Shown here piece after piece: positions 1 to 20,600 of a stretch of 64,000 nt of DNA (position 1 is the stretch's first letter; every line of letters starts with the position of its first letter). Source of the stretch: the human T2T-CHM13v2.0 reference genome, Homo sapiens. The notes under the pieces are model-generated. The model was not told the DNA's origin. It saw nothing but the letters and a program-made list of their open reading frames with translations, and made no database searches. The stretch lies in NCBI RefSeq assembly GCF_009914755.1, contig NC_060936.1; one strand, 5' to 3'. The translations under genes were made by a program, and so were the position numbers.

Positions 1-1150
<1,150 letters not shown>

Positions 1151-2762
1151 GTTTCTGGGAGTGAGTGAGTACTGAATTTCCTTACTGTTATTGTATGACA
1201 GTCTATCCTTTTATGTCTATTAATATTTGCTCCAATGTAAGGTGCATATATATTTACAATTATTATATCCTCTTTATTGGCCCCCTTATCATTACGTAAT
1301 ACTCTTGTTTCTTCTTACAATTTTTGGCTTAAAGTCTGTTTTATCTAATATAAGTATAGGTAGCTACTCCTGCTTTCTCTTGTTTTTCAATTTGCATTGA
1401 ATGTTTTCCCTTTCAGTCTCTGTATGTCCTTACAGAGGATTTGAGTCTCTTGTAGGCAGGCAGCATGGAGTTGGGTCTTGTTTTTTAAATTCATTCAGTC
1501 ACTCCGTCTCTTATTGGAGATTTTAATCTGTTTACATTCAACATAATTATTAATAAGTAAAGACATACTACTGCAATTTTGGTACTTCTTTTATAGTTGT
1601 TTTGTAGATCCTTCCTTCCACTCTGACTGTCTTCCTTTGTGGTTAAGTGATTTTCTCTAGTAATATGTTTTGACACCTTGCCTTTTACTTTTAGTGTATC
1701 TATTGTAGGATTTTGCTTTGTGGTTACCATGAGGCTTACAAAAAACATAACCAGTTATTTTAAACTGCTAACAACTTAATTTTGATCTCAAAGAAAAGAA
1801 AGAAAACGTACACTGTAACTCCATTCTTTTCCCACATTTTGAATTTTTGATGTTACAATTTATATCTTTGTGTATTGTCTCTCTCTTAACAAAGTATTAC
1901 AGTTCTTATTTTTAATAGTTTTGTCTTTTAGTCTTAATAACTAAAGATAGGAGTGGTTAATATACTACTATTACAATATTAGAGTATTCTGAATTTGTCT
2001 GTTTACTGACTTGTGCCAGTAATTTTTATACCTTCAGGAGTTTCTTTGTTACATGTTAGCATTCTTTTCTTTCAGATTGAAGAAATCCCTTTAGCATTTC
2101 TTGTAAGATAATTCTGATGGTATTGAATTCCTTCAGCTTTTGTTTTTCTGGGAAACTTTTAATCTTCATTTCTGAAAGATGGCTTTGCTGGGTACAGTAT
2201 TCTTGGTGTTTTTGTTTGTTTTTTCCTTCAGCTTTCTGAATATATTCTCCTACTTCCTCCTGATCTGCAAGGTTCTTGCTGAGAAGTTTGGTGCCAGGCA
2301 TATTGGAATTCTTTTGTATGTTAACTTGCTTCTTTTCTCTTGCTGCTTTCAGAATCCCCTCCTTGTCTTTGATCTTTGAGAGCTTGATTATAATATGCCT
2401 TGGGGTAGTCTTATTTAGGTTGAATATGATTAGTGATCTTTGACTTTCCTTTATCTGGATTTTATTTTTCTTCAGGTTTTGAAAATGTTCTGTTATTATT
2501 TTTTTGGATACGCCTTCTACCCATTTGTCTTTCTTTTTTTTTTTTTTTTTTTTTTTTATTATACTCTAAGTTTTAGGGTACATGTGCACATTGTGCAGGT
2601 TAGTTACATATGTATACATGTGCCATGCTGGTGTGCTGCACCCACTAATGTGTCATCTAGCATTAGGTATATCTCCCAATGCTATCCCTTCCCCCTCCCC
2701 CGACCCCACCACAGTCCCCAGAGTGTGATATTCCCCTTCCTGTGTCCATGTGATCTCATTGT

Positions 2763-6613
<3,851 letters not shown>

Positions 6614-6652
6614 TCATTAGTTGATGCAGTTTCTTCCTAGTCTCGATGGTCT

Positions 6653-7669
6653 TTACATTTTGGCATGATTTTGCAGCGGCTGGTACCGGTTGTTCCTTTC
6701 CATGTTTAGCGCTTCCTTCAGGAGCTCTTTTAGGGCAGGCCTGGTGGTGACAAAATCTCTCAGCATTTGCTTGTCTATAAAGTATTTTATTTCTCCTTCA
6801 CTTATGAAGCTTAGTTTGGCTGGATATGAAATTCTGGGTTGAAAATTCTTTTCTTTAAGAATGTTGAATATTGGCCCCCACTCTCTTCTGGCTTGTAGGG
6901 TTTCTGCCGAGAGATCCGCTGTTAGTCTGATGGGCTTTCCTTTGAGGGTAACCCGACCTTTCTCTCTGGCTGCCCTTAACATTTTTTCCTTCATTTCAAC
7001 TTTGGTGAATCTGACAATTATGTGTCTTGGAGTTGCTCTTCTCGAGGAGTATCTTTGTAGCATTCTCTGTATTTCCTGAATCTGAACGTTGGCCTGCCTT
7101 GCTAGATTGGGGAAGTTCTCCTGGATAATATCCTGCAGAGTGTTTTCCAACTTGGTTCCATTCTCCACATCACTTTCAGGTACACCAATCAGACGTAGAT
7201 TTGGTCTTTTCACATAGTCCCATATTTCTTGGAGGCTTTGCTCATTTCTTTTTATTCTTTTTTCTCTAAACTTCCCTTCTCGCTTCATTTCATTCATTTC
7301 ATCTTCCATTGCTGATACCCTTTCTTCCAGTTGATCGCATCGGCTCCTGAGGCTTCTGCATTCTTCACGTAGTTCTCGAGCCTTGGTTTTCAGCTCCATC
7401 AGCTCCTTTAAGCACTTCTCTGTATTGGTTATTCTAGTTATACATTCTTCTAAATTTTTTTCAAAGTTTTCAACTTCTTTGCCTTTGGTTTGAATGTCCT
7501 CCCGTAGCTCAGAGTAATTTGATCGTCTGAAGCCTTCTTCTCTCAGCTCGTCAAAATCATTCTCCATCCAGCTTTGTTCTGTTGCTGGTGAGGAACTGTG
7601 TTCCTTTGGAGGAGGAGAGGCGCTCTGATTTTTAGAGTTTCCAGTTTTTCTGTACTGTTTTTTCCCCAT
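6653..7669 (-). CDS. L1 ORF1p, intact 338 aa
   Basis: Full ORF; differs from recalled L1.3 at N6Y, T14N, R24H, T203M, P204L. Confidence 0.95.
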   Translation of the reverse strand: MGKKQYRKTGNSKNQSASPPPKEHSSSPATEQSWMENDFDELREEGFRRSNYSELREDIQTKGKEVENFEKNLEECITRITNTEKCLKELMELKTKARELREECRSLRSRCDQLEERVSAMEDEMNEMKREGKFREKRIKRNEQSLQEIWDYVKRPNLRLIGVPESDVENGTKLENTLQDIIQENFPNLARQANVQIQEIQRMLQRYSSRRATPRHIIVRFTKVEMKEKMLRAAREKGRVTLKGKPIRLTADLSAETLQARREWGPIFNILKEKNFQPRISYPAKLSFISEGEIKYFIDKQMLRDFVTTRPALKELLKEALNMERNNRYQPLQNHAKM

Positions 7670-8573
7670 CTTTGTGGTTTTATCTACTTTTGGTCTTTGA
7701 TGATGGTGATGTACAGATGGATTTTCGGTGTAGATGTCCTTTCTGGTTGTTAGTTTTCCTTCTAACAGACAGGACCCTCAGCTGCAGGTCTGTTGGAATA
7801 CCCTGCCGTGTGAGGTGTCAGTGTGCCCCTGCTGGGGGGTGCCTCCCAGTTAGGCTGCTCGGGGGTCAGGGGTCAGGGACCCACTTGAGGAGGCAGTCTG
7901 CCCGTTCTCAGATCTCCAGCTGCGTGCTGGGAGAACCACTGCTCTCTTCAAAGCTGTCAGACAGGGACACTTAAGTCTGCAGAGGTTACTGCTGTCTTTT
8001 TGTTTGTCTGTGCCCTGCCCCCAGAGGTGGAGCCTACAGAGGCAGGCAGGCCTCCTTGAGCTGTGGTGGGCTCCACCCAGTTCGAGCTTCCCGGCTGCTT
8101 TGTTTACCTAAGCAAGCCTGGGCAATGGCGGGCGTCCCTCCCCCAGCCTCGTTGCCGCCTTGCAGTTTGATCTCAGACTGCTGTGCTAGCAATCAGCGAG
8201 ATTCCGTGGGCGTAGGACCCTCTGAGCCAGGTGTGGGATATAGTCTCGTGGTGCGCCGTTTCTTAAGCCGGTCTGAAAAGCGCAATATTCGGATGGGAGT
8301 GACCCGATTTTCCAGGTGCGTCCGTCACCCCTTTCTTTGACTCGGAAAGGGAACTCCCTGACCCCTTGCGCTTCCCAGGTGAGGCAATGCCTCGCCCTGC
8401 TTCGGCTCGCGCACGGTGCGCACACACACTGGCCTGCGCCCACTGTCTGGCACTCCCTAGTGAGATGAACCCGGTACCTCAGATGGAAATGCAGAAATCA
8501 CCCGTCTTCTGCGTCGCTCACGCTGGGAGCTGTAGACCGGAGCTGTTCCTATTCGGCCATCTTGGCTCCTCCT
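7670..8573. promoter_or_regulatory. L1 5' UTR CpG island: sense promoter (-) and antisense promoter (+)
   Basis: CpG-rich complete 5' UTR with the YY1 site (CAAGATGGCCG) at the L1 5' end. Confidence 0.9.
8125..8340 (+). CDS. L1 antisense ORF0, intact 71 aa (MAGVPPPASL...RHPFL)
   Basis: gcaATGG start; splice donors at 8231 (after 106 nt) and 8316 (after 191 nt). Confidence 0.88.
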   Translation: MAGVPPPASLPPCSLISDCCASNQRDSVGVGPSEPGVGYSLVVRRFLSRSEKRNIRMGVTRFSRCVRHPFL

Positions 8574-10344
8574 CCCATTTGTCTTTCTTTATTCCCTCTT
8601 GAACTCCAATTACTCGAACATTTTCTCTTTTGATGCTATCCCATAGATCTTGTAAGCTTTCTTCATTCCTCTTTAGTCTTTTTTTTTTTTCTTCTCTACC
8701 TGTATATTTTTCACTTATCCTGCCTTTGAGCTCACTCATCGTTTCTTCGCTTGGTTAATTCTGTTGTTGAAGCTCTATTGCATTTTTCACTGCTTTCACT
8801 GCACATTCTAGCTAGGGAATTTTTTTTTTTTTTCCAGCGTCTCTCTTAAATTTTTCTGATAAATTTCTGAATTGTTTATCTGTATTTTCTTGAAGTTCAC
8901 TGATGATCCTTAACACAGCTAGTTTGATTTTTATTCTGACAGATCACACATCTCCATCTTTTTAGGGTCTGTTATTGGTACCTTATTTTGTCTCTTTGGT
9001 GAGGTCATAATTCCCTGATTGTTCTGAATGCTTGTGGATGTACACTGATGTCTGCTTATTAACGAATTAGTTATTTATTCAAGTCTTTGCAGTGTGACTT
9101 TGTGCCCATCCTTCAGTGGGCCTATCTAGAGATCTAAGACTGGCTGTTGTCAAGCCTGTGACTGCTGCAGCCATTTCAGCGGTAGAGGGCGCCTTAAGCC
9201 CATTTTTACCACGAAGATGACATGGTGCTCCAGCCAGGATATACCTAATGATGACTCAAGGTAGGGGTACCCTGACTGTGAGGAAGTTGGCCAACGACCC
9301 GAACCTGGAAGCCTGTCCCATTTGCTTAGACAGATGCATGTTTCCCCGCAATTCCCTGCACAGATGGGATAGTTCCCCAACTGTAGCAAAAGGAACTGGA
9401 GCTGAGACTGGGACCCCTTACACTCTGCTGTAGGATGGAGGCTGGTGAGCTTGCACCAGTGGCCTACATCCATGCTTCCCAGTAATTTCCTGCATGGATG
9501 GGACAGTTTACCAACTGCAGGGAGAGGGGCTGGAGCCGAGTCTGGGCCCCTTCACTGCTGTGGGACAGAGGCTGGCAAACCCACCAGGGTAGCCCAGGCA
9601 GGCAAGCTTCCCCTAGAAGCTCCCTGCACAGGTGGGGCATTTCCCTGACTGTAGTGAGAGAGGCTAGAGTAGAGAGTGGGATCCTTTAGGACCTGCTTTG
9701 GGACAAAGGCTGACAGGTCCTTCAAGGAGGCTCAGACAGACAAATCATTCCTGGGTTGTGGGATATGGGTAAATCTTCTTCTGGGTCCTTGTGCAAGCAG
9801 TAATAAACTGGGCCCATGGCTGGGTAGCAGAAGGGTTGGAGCCAATTTACAGGGTAACTTTCAGGTCTGCTGCCAAGACCAATGTCAGTGGGCAGATGAA
9901 GCTTGCTGCCTAGGCACTAGTGTGCTTGATTCCTCCTAAATCTTTTTTTTTTTTAATTAGTATTTTGGAAGGTTTGATTTTTGTTTTGTTATTTTTAATC
10001 AAATGCATTTATATATCTTAAAAGTTCTTTATATACTACCTTTGTTTCCTGCCATAAACAATACTAAACTGTCTCTTCCCTTTTCCTGTATCATTTGATT
10101 TTAGTTACAAGTATTATCTTAATGCCAATCACTGTGTTCATAAATGTACTTGGGTTTATCCCAGTTGATTTGAGAGCTTCAAGTTGTAACTCTTTTTCCA
10201 AGTAATACTTAAGAAGTTAGTACACTTAGTTTCACCTTTCTTATAATTTTTTTGGTTTTTAAAAATAATATGTGTTATTTTACATCCCTTGAGCTTATAT
10301 CATTTTTATACCATTTTGTCAGTTTTATCTCCATTTTTAAAAAA

Positions 10345-11840
<1,496 letters not shown>

Positions 11841-13841
11841 TGATATTCCCATCTTTTAGTTTTAGTTCTAAAGTTAGATGTATTTTCTTCTTACCCCAGT
11901 CCATCATGTTACAGCTTATCCAGTTTTTTTGTTTTGTTTTTTTTTGTTTTTTTAATCTGAAACATTCTCTGGTCCACTCAGGCAAGCTCATAGGAGAGAG
12001 ATTTTCTAAGGTCTTACAGGTTTATGACTTTGTGGTCGTACACTTGAAGGACACTTTGGCTGGCTATAAAATACTCAGCTCACATTTTTTTCTTTGAGTA
12101 ACTTAAAAATGTTACTTCATTGTTTTCTAACATAAATGTTGCTGTTGAAATTCGGTACCAGTCTGATTTTCTTTCCCTTGTAGGTGACTTGGCTTTGTAT
12201 TTAACTTTATTATTGTGATAACTTTACATATTTTTGTTTCCCATGTTTAAATGATCTGGATTTCCCTGGACTATTAGGAAGAGATTCCTATGAAAGAATA
12301 AATCAGGATAGCTTTATCAGTTTACATTTGAAGGTCTTTCTCCTCTGTTGTTTTTGGAGTGTGTGTGTAGCTCCTTTGTCTCGTAGGTAATCCTTGGTCA
12401 AAAAGGTTTTTCTTTTCCAGCGCACTGTTTCTGAGAGCTTTACATGCTTAGCATCCCATCATAGGATACTTATTTTCTCTCTCTAGTATTTTCTGTCAAC
12501 TGTTTCCTTTGGAACTTTGCCACTCCCTTCCCTCTTTATATCTTATCCTTCCTTCTCCCTGTCTTCATTGCCCTGCAGTTTTGTTTGAGACTTCCGAGTT
12601 TTTTTCCCCTTAGGGTGAGACTCCGTCCTTCTGGTGAGGGCTCTTTGTTACGTACTCCTCTAAGATGTTTGAGGGTTTAGAGCTTCGTAGCACTCTTTGC
12701 TGCCTATAGGACTGACTATACAGGTTTTTGCAGTCACCTGCAAGTTGGAGCCTGTGAAAACCTTTTGCTTTCTCTCCGTTTATTCTTAGATTTGCTCTCC
12801 GAGTTTTCTCCAAAGATAGAGTCCTGTGCTTGTGGAGTATTTCTTGGTGATTTTTGGGTTTTGTTGCTTTGTAGGGTACCTCTGTTGTAGCTTTAATTTC
12901 CTGCTGCTTTTGTACATCTGGTGATCATGCATTGTGAGCAGTTTATCCACATTCTCTTAGTATTCTGAGAATTATGGAGATTCTCTTTTACTTAGTTTCA
13001 TTGAGATCTTCTCATATCCCTGTTGGTATATCTGGTTTTTAGGAGTTATCTTTGGGGGATTAAAAGACTATACTGCCACCACAATTATAACACCACTAAC
13101 TCATTATTTTATTAGTTTAATTGTGACTAATATGTAAGGAGCTTAGATTCTCCCCCCCTATGTTTGAAAGATTAGTTTAGGGCTACTTAAGCATACAAAA
13201 TTGCATATGCTTAATAGCTGAATAAAGGAATTTTAAAACATCTATATGTGAACTGGTGAGGAGTTGAATATAAATGTAGAATGTGATTTTTGGTAACGTT
13301 TTTCTTGATTTTAAATGCAAATATGCATCATTTATATCTGGTTACATTGTTTAATGGATATAGTCTCCTAATAGATATTTTAGGTTAGTTGCAGTATGGT
13401 ACATGAAGTTACCTATAAGTAAATAGCTTTTAAAGTAAACATAAAAAAAGTGTATTTTTATTGAAATATGCATAATTAAATTCCTTACTTGATGGAAATA
13501 AATATGTATAGCAAAAAGTTAAAGGAAAAAAAGAAGTCATTTTGTTTATTTTCACCTGTAATATATATTATATATAGTTTATATATATAATGTATATTTT
13601 TAATTTTTGGATATTTTATGAAAGAAATGTGAAAATTTAATTTGTTAGTTGGGATTTTCTGTAATTTTGGACTTGCCTGATTGTCTTCCACATAGCAGGT
13701 GCTAGATAAATACTTTCAATGTGAACATTGTCAGAAGTGACAGTATTCATATTTTATAATTTTATTAGTAAAGATTATATAGTCTGCTGAATCTAACTTC
13801 AAACTATGGAGATCCAAAATAAAATTATCAATTTCTCTTAG

Positions 13842-13937
13842 GAACTGAAGTTAAAAGATGAAGAATGTGAGAGGCTTTCAAAAGTGCGAGATCAACTTGG
13901 ACAGGAATTGGAAGAACTCACAGCTAGTCTATTTGAG
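13842..13937 (+). CDS. RAB3IP: RAB3IP internal coding exon (Sec2/GEF coiled coil, [32 protein letters not shown])
   Basis: ttag|GAA...GAG|gtt; 96 nt, phase 0/0; contains the Sec2-family [13 protein letters not shown] motif; upstream exons lie outside the window. Confidence 0.96.
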
Positions 13938-14447
13938 GTTGGTCTATTTACATCTTGGCCAACAGCAACATCTTGACTTTTATATATTGACAAAATTGTA
14001 TTTTGAGGGAATCTTGAAAAATATTTGCTTAGCTTCATGTATATTTATAAGTCCTCTAAGCAAAAGAGAAATCTTTAAGCAATGTAGAGTTTACAACTTA
14101 AGATGATGTGAAAAGAAATAAAAAACATCTATGGGCCACCAGTATCAGATTATTTAAAAATGTATGTGTGCAAAGAAAGGAGGCAAATTTTAGTATTGAT
14201 TTTTATTTTACCAAGTATTTACGGGCTACTTTAGATTAACTACATATGACTGTACAACTAAGAGGGCAAACTCTTTGAGATAGTCATCTCACATGGGATG
14301 ATTTGAGAAATGTTAGAAGGCACATCTACTTGTAAGAAGGCATACTTTTTATATCCAGCCCGCCACCAGGAAAAATTTCTACCTAACTGGAGCAGTGTTT
14401 CTCCATAGGGGTGCCACTAACACTGTAGGACGTTTAGTGTCCTTGGT

Positions 14448-14927
14448 GTTTTAGTCAGGGTTCTCCAGAAAAACAGAGCCTATATACATATACATGTATA
14501 GAGAGATACAGAGAGGGAGAGAGAGGGACAGAGGCACTCATTATTATAGGGAGTTGGCTCTTGCTGTTATGGAGGCTGGCAAGTCCCAGGGAGCTGCAGT
14601 GGGAGTCAGCAAACTGGAGGCCCAGGAGGGCTGATGGTGCACTTCCAGTCCAACTTTGAAGGTCTGAGAACTGGGAAGAGCAAATGTTTCAGTTTGAGTC
14701 TGAAGGCAGAAAAAAAATCTCTTCCTTGAGGGAGCGGCACCCTTTTTTGTTCTATTCAGGCCATCAACTGATTGGATGAGGGTCACCCACATTCTAGAGG
14801 GCAGTCTACTTTACTCAGTCTACCAATGTAAATGTTATTCTTATCCAGAAACATTCAGGATAATGTTTGACTACATATTCGAGCACCCTTTGATTCAGTC
14901 AAGTTGACGTACACAATAAACCATTAT
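14448..14927 (-). mobile_element. MLT2-type (ERVL) solo LTR
   Basis: Ends tg..tagtcagggttctccaga and agtcaagttgac...aaccat resemble the MLT2 consensus. Confidence 0.75.
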
Positions 14928-17354
14928 AATAGGCTTTGCTCAGAAAAGTGCTGGTAATACCCCCGGTCATTTTGACAGCATACAGATACCCCTGGGGGTG
15001 AGGTGAGGGTAGTACTTCCATGAGTAAGAACTGTTGCTGTAAAGTGTCTCCTTTGGGTTAAGACCTTGAGTCTTTAGAAGTTCCTTAACAAAAACATTGA
15101 TGTGTTACTGGAATGGCTAATGCCATTATCATTTAACGATATATATATGTTTTTTTCCTAAAGATTTGTTCTTAAAACTTTTATTATAATAAACTTGGGG
15201 GGGTGGAAATTCCATCACCTTTTGTTATTATTTATTCATAATCTATTTCACAGTCTCAGGTATGTATGTATTCTTACTTAGTTGTAATTTAATATTTTGT
15301 GTTTTTCTAAATAACATTTTTAATGTTGCTGCACCATCACTAATTGTAACGATAGTCATAATCTACTAGGTGCCTGTTCCACAACTTTTATCATTACAAG
15401 TAACATTGCCCTGAATGTCTTTAGACATGTAGGGCTTTCCATGCCTTCTCTGCTCCATACCCCTTTGCCTTCTTTTCTGTCTTTTTGGGGTCATTTTCTT
15501 TCATGAACATTTTAAAATTAATCTGTTTATTTATTTAGCTAGCTAGTCATCAGAGATGAGAGGAGAATAAATTTAAGGATAGGAAGAGTGGAAAGTTAAA
15601 GAGCTAGAATAGAAGCTATGTGACTTGTTACATTTCTGAATAGAAGGTTATACAGAAGCATTAGATTTTTCTTCCAGTATTGTCTGACTGGAAGAAAATT
15701 TTGTAGTGATATGGATATTAGGTAAGAAAGCAAATATATTAAGCTATTTATGTTAATTTTGATTTCCTGACTACTTGCATTTAATTTAGCTAGCCCTGCT
15801 TAGTTTCACCCATCTGCACATGTATGTATGTTCTGTTACATGAAATAGAAGTAGAAAAAACAGAAAGAAACTTCTCCCTGTAAGTAGCAGGATGTGAAGG
15901 GCCAGAAATGCAGCTTAGGCAATAGGCAATAAGTGAAAAAGCATATCTAAAAAATATAGTTTGGAGTCTCTAACCTTTTCTAACCCAGTGGTGGCTGTTA
16001 GCATTGACACTGTGGCTACTTTCTGGAAAACAAAGTACATTGATTAAAGATGATTTTGGTAATGAAGAAAGTTGTATTCGAACCAATTATTTATGAATCG
16101 TGGAAAAAGCGCTCAAAGTTTTTATTTGGTCTTAATTGTGCCTTCATGATCTGTTTACCATTGTCTTATGAAAAGATTCTTTTTTTGCACTTTATATGTG
16201 TGTGTTTGCATATCTTTTTAGGAATTAAAGATTATTCTGAATAAACTCAATATGCACAGTTTTGGTAAGTCTGACATGTATAATAGGAGTCTATTATCCT
16301 AATCTTCAATATAATTATACTTTGTATGTAGCAAAGTTGAGTTTTAAAAGTATCAAATACTTAATAAACCTCAAAAGTTATGTTTTTCTTCTAACGCCTC
16401 CAATTTTGAGATAATATAAAATTAAGTCAGTTGAAAGAATACAAAGCAGTCTATATCTTACATGGAGAAAAAAAGATAGTAGTCTTAAGATGTTTATGTT
16501 TTATAAGCCAGTTTTAGAAAATGTTTATGATATGTCTAGTTTTCTCCCAACAATACTATGATGCATATAGGGCAGATTATTATCATTTTATCTGAGAAGA
16601 AAAGTGAGGCAGAGAGGCTAATGAGCAATGCAGGCACTCATATTCATGATCCTAACTCTTGCTTTATCTACTGTGAAAATCATAAATGGCATTTCTCTTT
16701 GTGTCAAACCATGGAAAAGAAGTCATCACCGGGGCCTCTTATTTCTTCATTCCACACTCAAGTGATCAGTTAAGTCTTTTGATGCTACCTCCAGGACATA
16801 GAGCACATTGCCTTCCAAGCCACCATCGTTTGTTAGCTAAATCAATAGATACCAAACTTTTTGATCCTGTACCTGATCAGTACGAGAAAAATTTGAGCAT
16901 GTTACCTCCATTATGATGAAGATAACTAATATTTATTGAGAGTTCCCTATGTGCTAGGCACATATAGGTAGTGTTCTATATGAACATATATGTGTATTTA
17001 TAAATTATACACACTTGCTAATGGACATACTAATGTGTTAACATACATTGTAAATACAAGTTTTAAAAGGTAAAACAATAAAAATGCTTTAACATTTTTA
17101 TTATGGTACAAAAATATTCTCATTAAAACAGTTATACACACATGTTTTATATATACTTAGTGAGAGGAGTGTGATTGAATATGTTACTTTATTTTAGAAG
17201 ATCTTGTTTTAACAGTTTATTATCCAGATGAAGGTCTGGTCTAAGTTCCATTTTCAAAAATAGATCTAATACTGCTGATAACTCACACATCTATTGGTCT
17301 AATATAAGATACATCTTTCCCTATTTTAAATCATTATTTTGTCATTATAGATTT

Positions 17355-17647
17355 CATCGTGCAGAAATCGGTAGAATATACTTACACAAACCAAGATGTG
17401 GTAAAACCTAGATGGTACAGCCTATTACACACCTTGGCTATATGATATTGCTTATTGCTCCTGGGCTACAAACCTGTACAACATGTTACTATACTGAATA
17501 CTGTTGGCACTTGTGATACAATGGTAAATATTTACGTATCTAAACATAGAAAAAGTAAAGTAAAAATAAATATGGTATAATTTTATGGGACCACTGTCAT
17601 ATATGCAGTCCATTGTTCACTGAAATGTTATGTGGTGCATGACTGTA
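17355..17647. mobile_element. Tigger3/MER7-type DNA transposon fragment
   Basis: aaacctagatggtacagcct... ending in the gcatgactg|ta terminal repeat. Confidence 0.75.
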
Positions 17648-20600
17648 TATATGCATCCAACATCAAAGCACCTAAATGTGTAAAACAAACTGACAGATCT
17701 GAAGGCTGATACAGTAATACATTAATAATAGGTGACTTCAATACCACAGTCTCTCTAATGAGTAGATTATTCAGACAGAAAATTAATAAGGAAACAGCAG
17801 AACTGCATAACGCTATAGACCAAATGGATCTAACAGATACGTATGGAACTTTTAACACAACAGCAAAAGAATATACATTCTTCTCAGGTGCACATGAAAC
17901 ATTCTCCAGTATAGTTCATGTTAGGTCACAAAACAAGTCTCAGATTTAAGAAGATCAAAATCATTCTAAGAATCTTTTCCACTCACAATGGAATTCAATT
18001 AGGAATCAATAATAGAAAACAGGAAAACTCAAATGTGTGGAAACTAAACAATGATATCCTTTTGAACAACCTTTGAGTCAAAAAATCAAAAGGGAACTTG
18101 AAAAGTTTCTTGAGATGAATAAAACTGAAAACACAACGTACCAAAACTTAAGAGATGCAGAAAAAGCAGTACTAAGAGGGATAAAGGCCTACATTAAAAA
18201 AGAAGAACAATCTCAACCTAACTTTATACCTCAAGGAATTAGAAGGAGAACAAACTAAGTCCAAACTTAGCAGAGGGAAGGGAATAACAAAGATCAGAGT
18301 AGAAATAGAGAATAGGAAAATAATAGAAAATATTAAGAAAACCCGAGTTTGTTTCTTGAAAAAAATAAAAACCCTTAGCTAGACAAACCAAGAGAAGAGA
18401 GGACTCAAATCAGAAATGAAAGAGGAGGTATTACAATGGATGCTTCAGAAATAAAAAAGATCATAAGTGACTTTTATGAACCACATGCCAATCAATTGGA
18501 TAATCTAGAAGAAATAGATAAATTCCTAGAAACTGACTCAGTTTTCTGGAATCAAATTCTGGAAAATGGAATCAAGAAGTAGAAACAAAAAAGCCCAAGA
18601 TTAGATGGCTTCACAGGTAAATTCTACCAACATTCAAAGAAGAATCAGTGCCAATTCTTTTTACACTCTTACAAAAATAGAAGAGGGAACCCTTCCAAAC
18701 TCATTTTATGAGGCCAATATCACTCTGATACCAAAGCCAGTAAATGTACCACAAGGAAAAAACTATGGGCCAATATTCTCAATGGACATAGGTGCAGAAG
18801 CTCTTAATAAAATGTTAGAAAATCAAATTCAGTAACATATTAAAAGGATTATACACTGTGATCAAATGGGATTTGTCCCTGGGATGCAAGGATGCATCAA
18901 CATAGGCAAATCAATCAGTGTGATAAACCACAGTAATAGAATGATATAATAATATACATTATAATCTTAATAGAAGCAGAAAAAGCATTTGACAAAATTC
19001 CACATTCATTTATGCTAAAACTCTCAACAAAATAGATATAGGAACTTACTTTAAGACAATAAAGACCATATATGGAAACCCATAGCTAACAATCATAATC
19101 AGTGGGGGAAATTGAAAGCTTTTCCTCTAAGATCTGGTATAAGACAAGGATGCCCACTCTTCACCATTTCTGTACAGCACAGTTCTGGAATGTTAGAGCA
19201 ATCAGTCAAGAAAAAGAAAAGGCAACCAAATTGGAAAGGAAGAAATAATCTCTGTGTGCAGATGACATGATCACAAGTGTAGAAAATTCTAAAGATTCAA
19301 CAACAAAAAAGTTAGAACTAATAAATGAATTTGATAGGGTTGCAGGATACAAAAATTAATGATGTTTTTATACATGGACAACCAGTTACCTGAAAAGGAA
19401 TTTAAGAGAACAATCTCATGATTTCAGTGTCAAAAAGCATCAAAAAGAATAAAATACTTAGGAATAAACCTAACCAAAGAGGCAAAAAGACTTGTATACT
19501 GAAAATTATAATACAGTTAATGAAGGGAATTAAGACACAGATGGAAAGAGATTTGTGTTCATTGGTTGGAAGAATTAATACTGTTAAAATGTCTATTCTA
19601 CCCAAGTGATTTACAGATACAATGCAATCCCTGTGAAAATCCCAATGGCATTTTTTACAGAAGTAGGAAGTTCATATGGAGCTACAAAAAACGTTAATAG
19701 CCAAAGTAATTTTTTTTTTTTTCTGAGATGGAGTCTTGCTCTGTTGCCTAGGCTGGAGTGCAATGGTGCGATCTTGATTCACTATAACCTCCGCCTCCTG
19801 GGTTCTAGCTTTTCTCCTGCCTCAGCCTCCTGAGTAGCTGGGATTACAGGTGTGCACCACCACGCCCAGATAATTTTTGTATTTTTAGTAGAAACGGGTT
19901 TCACCATGTTGGCCAGGTTGGTCTTGAACTCCTGACCTCAGGTGATCTACCTGCCTCAGCCTCCCAAAGTGCTGGGATTACAGGCGTGAGCCACTATGCC
20001 CAGCCCCAAAGTAATCTTGAGCAAGAAAAATAAAGCTGGATGCATCACACTTCCTGATTTCAAAGTACATGACAAAGTTACAGCAGTAAAAACAGTATGG
20101 CACTGATATAAAAACAGACATGTGGACCAATAGAAGAGAATAGAGAGCCCAGAAATGACACATTTTTGGTTAGCTGACCCTCAACAAAAATGCTAAGGAC
20201 ACCTAGTGGGGAGTAGATAGTCTTATCAATAAATGCTGCTGAGAAAATTGGATATCCACATGCAAATGAACGAAATTAGACCCTGATCTCACACCATAAA
20301 GAAAAATCAATTCAAATGGATTAAAGACTTACACATAAGACCTGAAACTGTAAACTCAGAAGAAACAAGGAAAAAGCTTCTTGACATTGGTCTGGGCAGT
20401 GATTTTTTTGGATGTGACACCAAAAGCACAGGCAACAAAAACAAAATGGACAAGTGGGAGTACATCAAACTAAAAAGCTTCTGCCCAGCAAAAAACAGTC
20501 AACAAAATGAAGAAGCGGCATACTGAATGGGAAAACATTTGCAAACCGTGTATCTGATAAGGAGTTAATATCCAAAGTATATAAGGCATGCAGTAGCAAA

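Noticed and set aside
13858-14106. 82-aa ORF overlapping a RAB3IP exon
   Set aside because: Wrong frame relative to the Sec2 motif and runs through the splice donor
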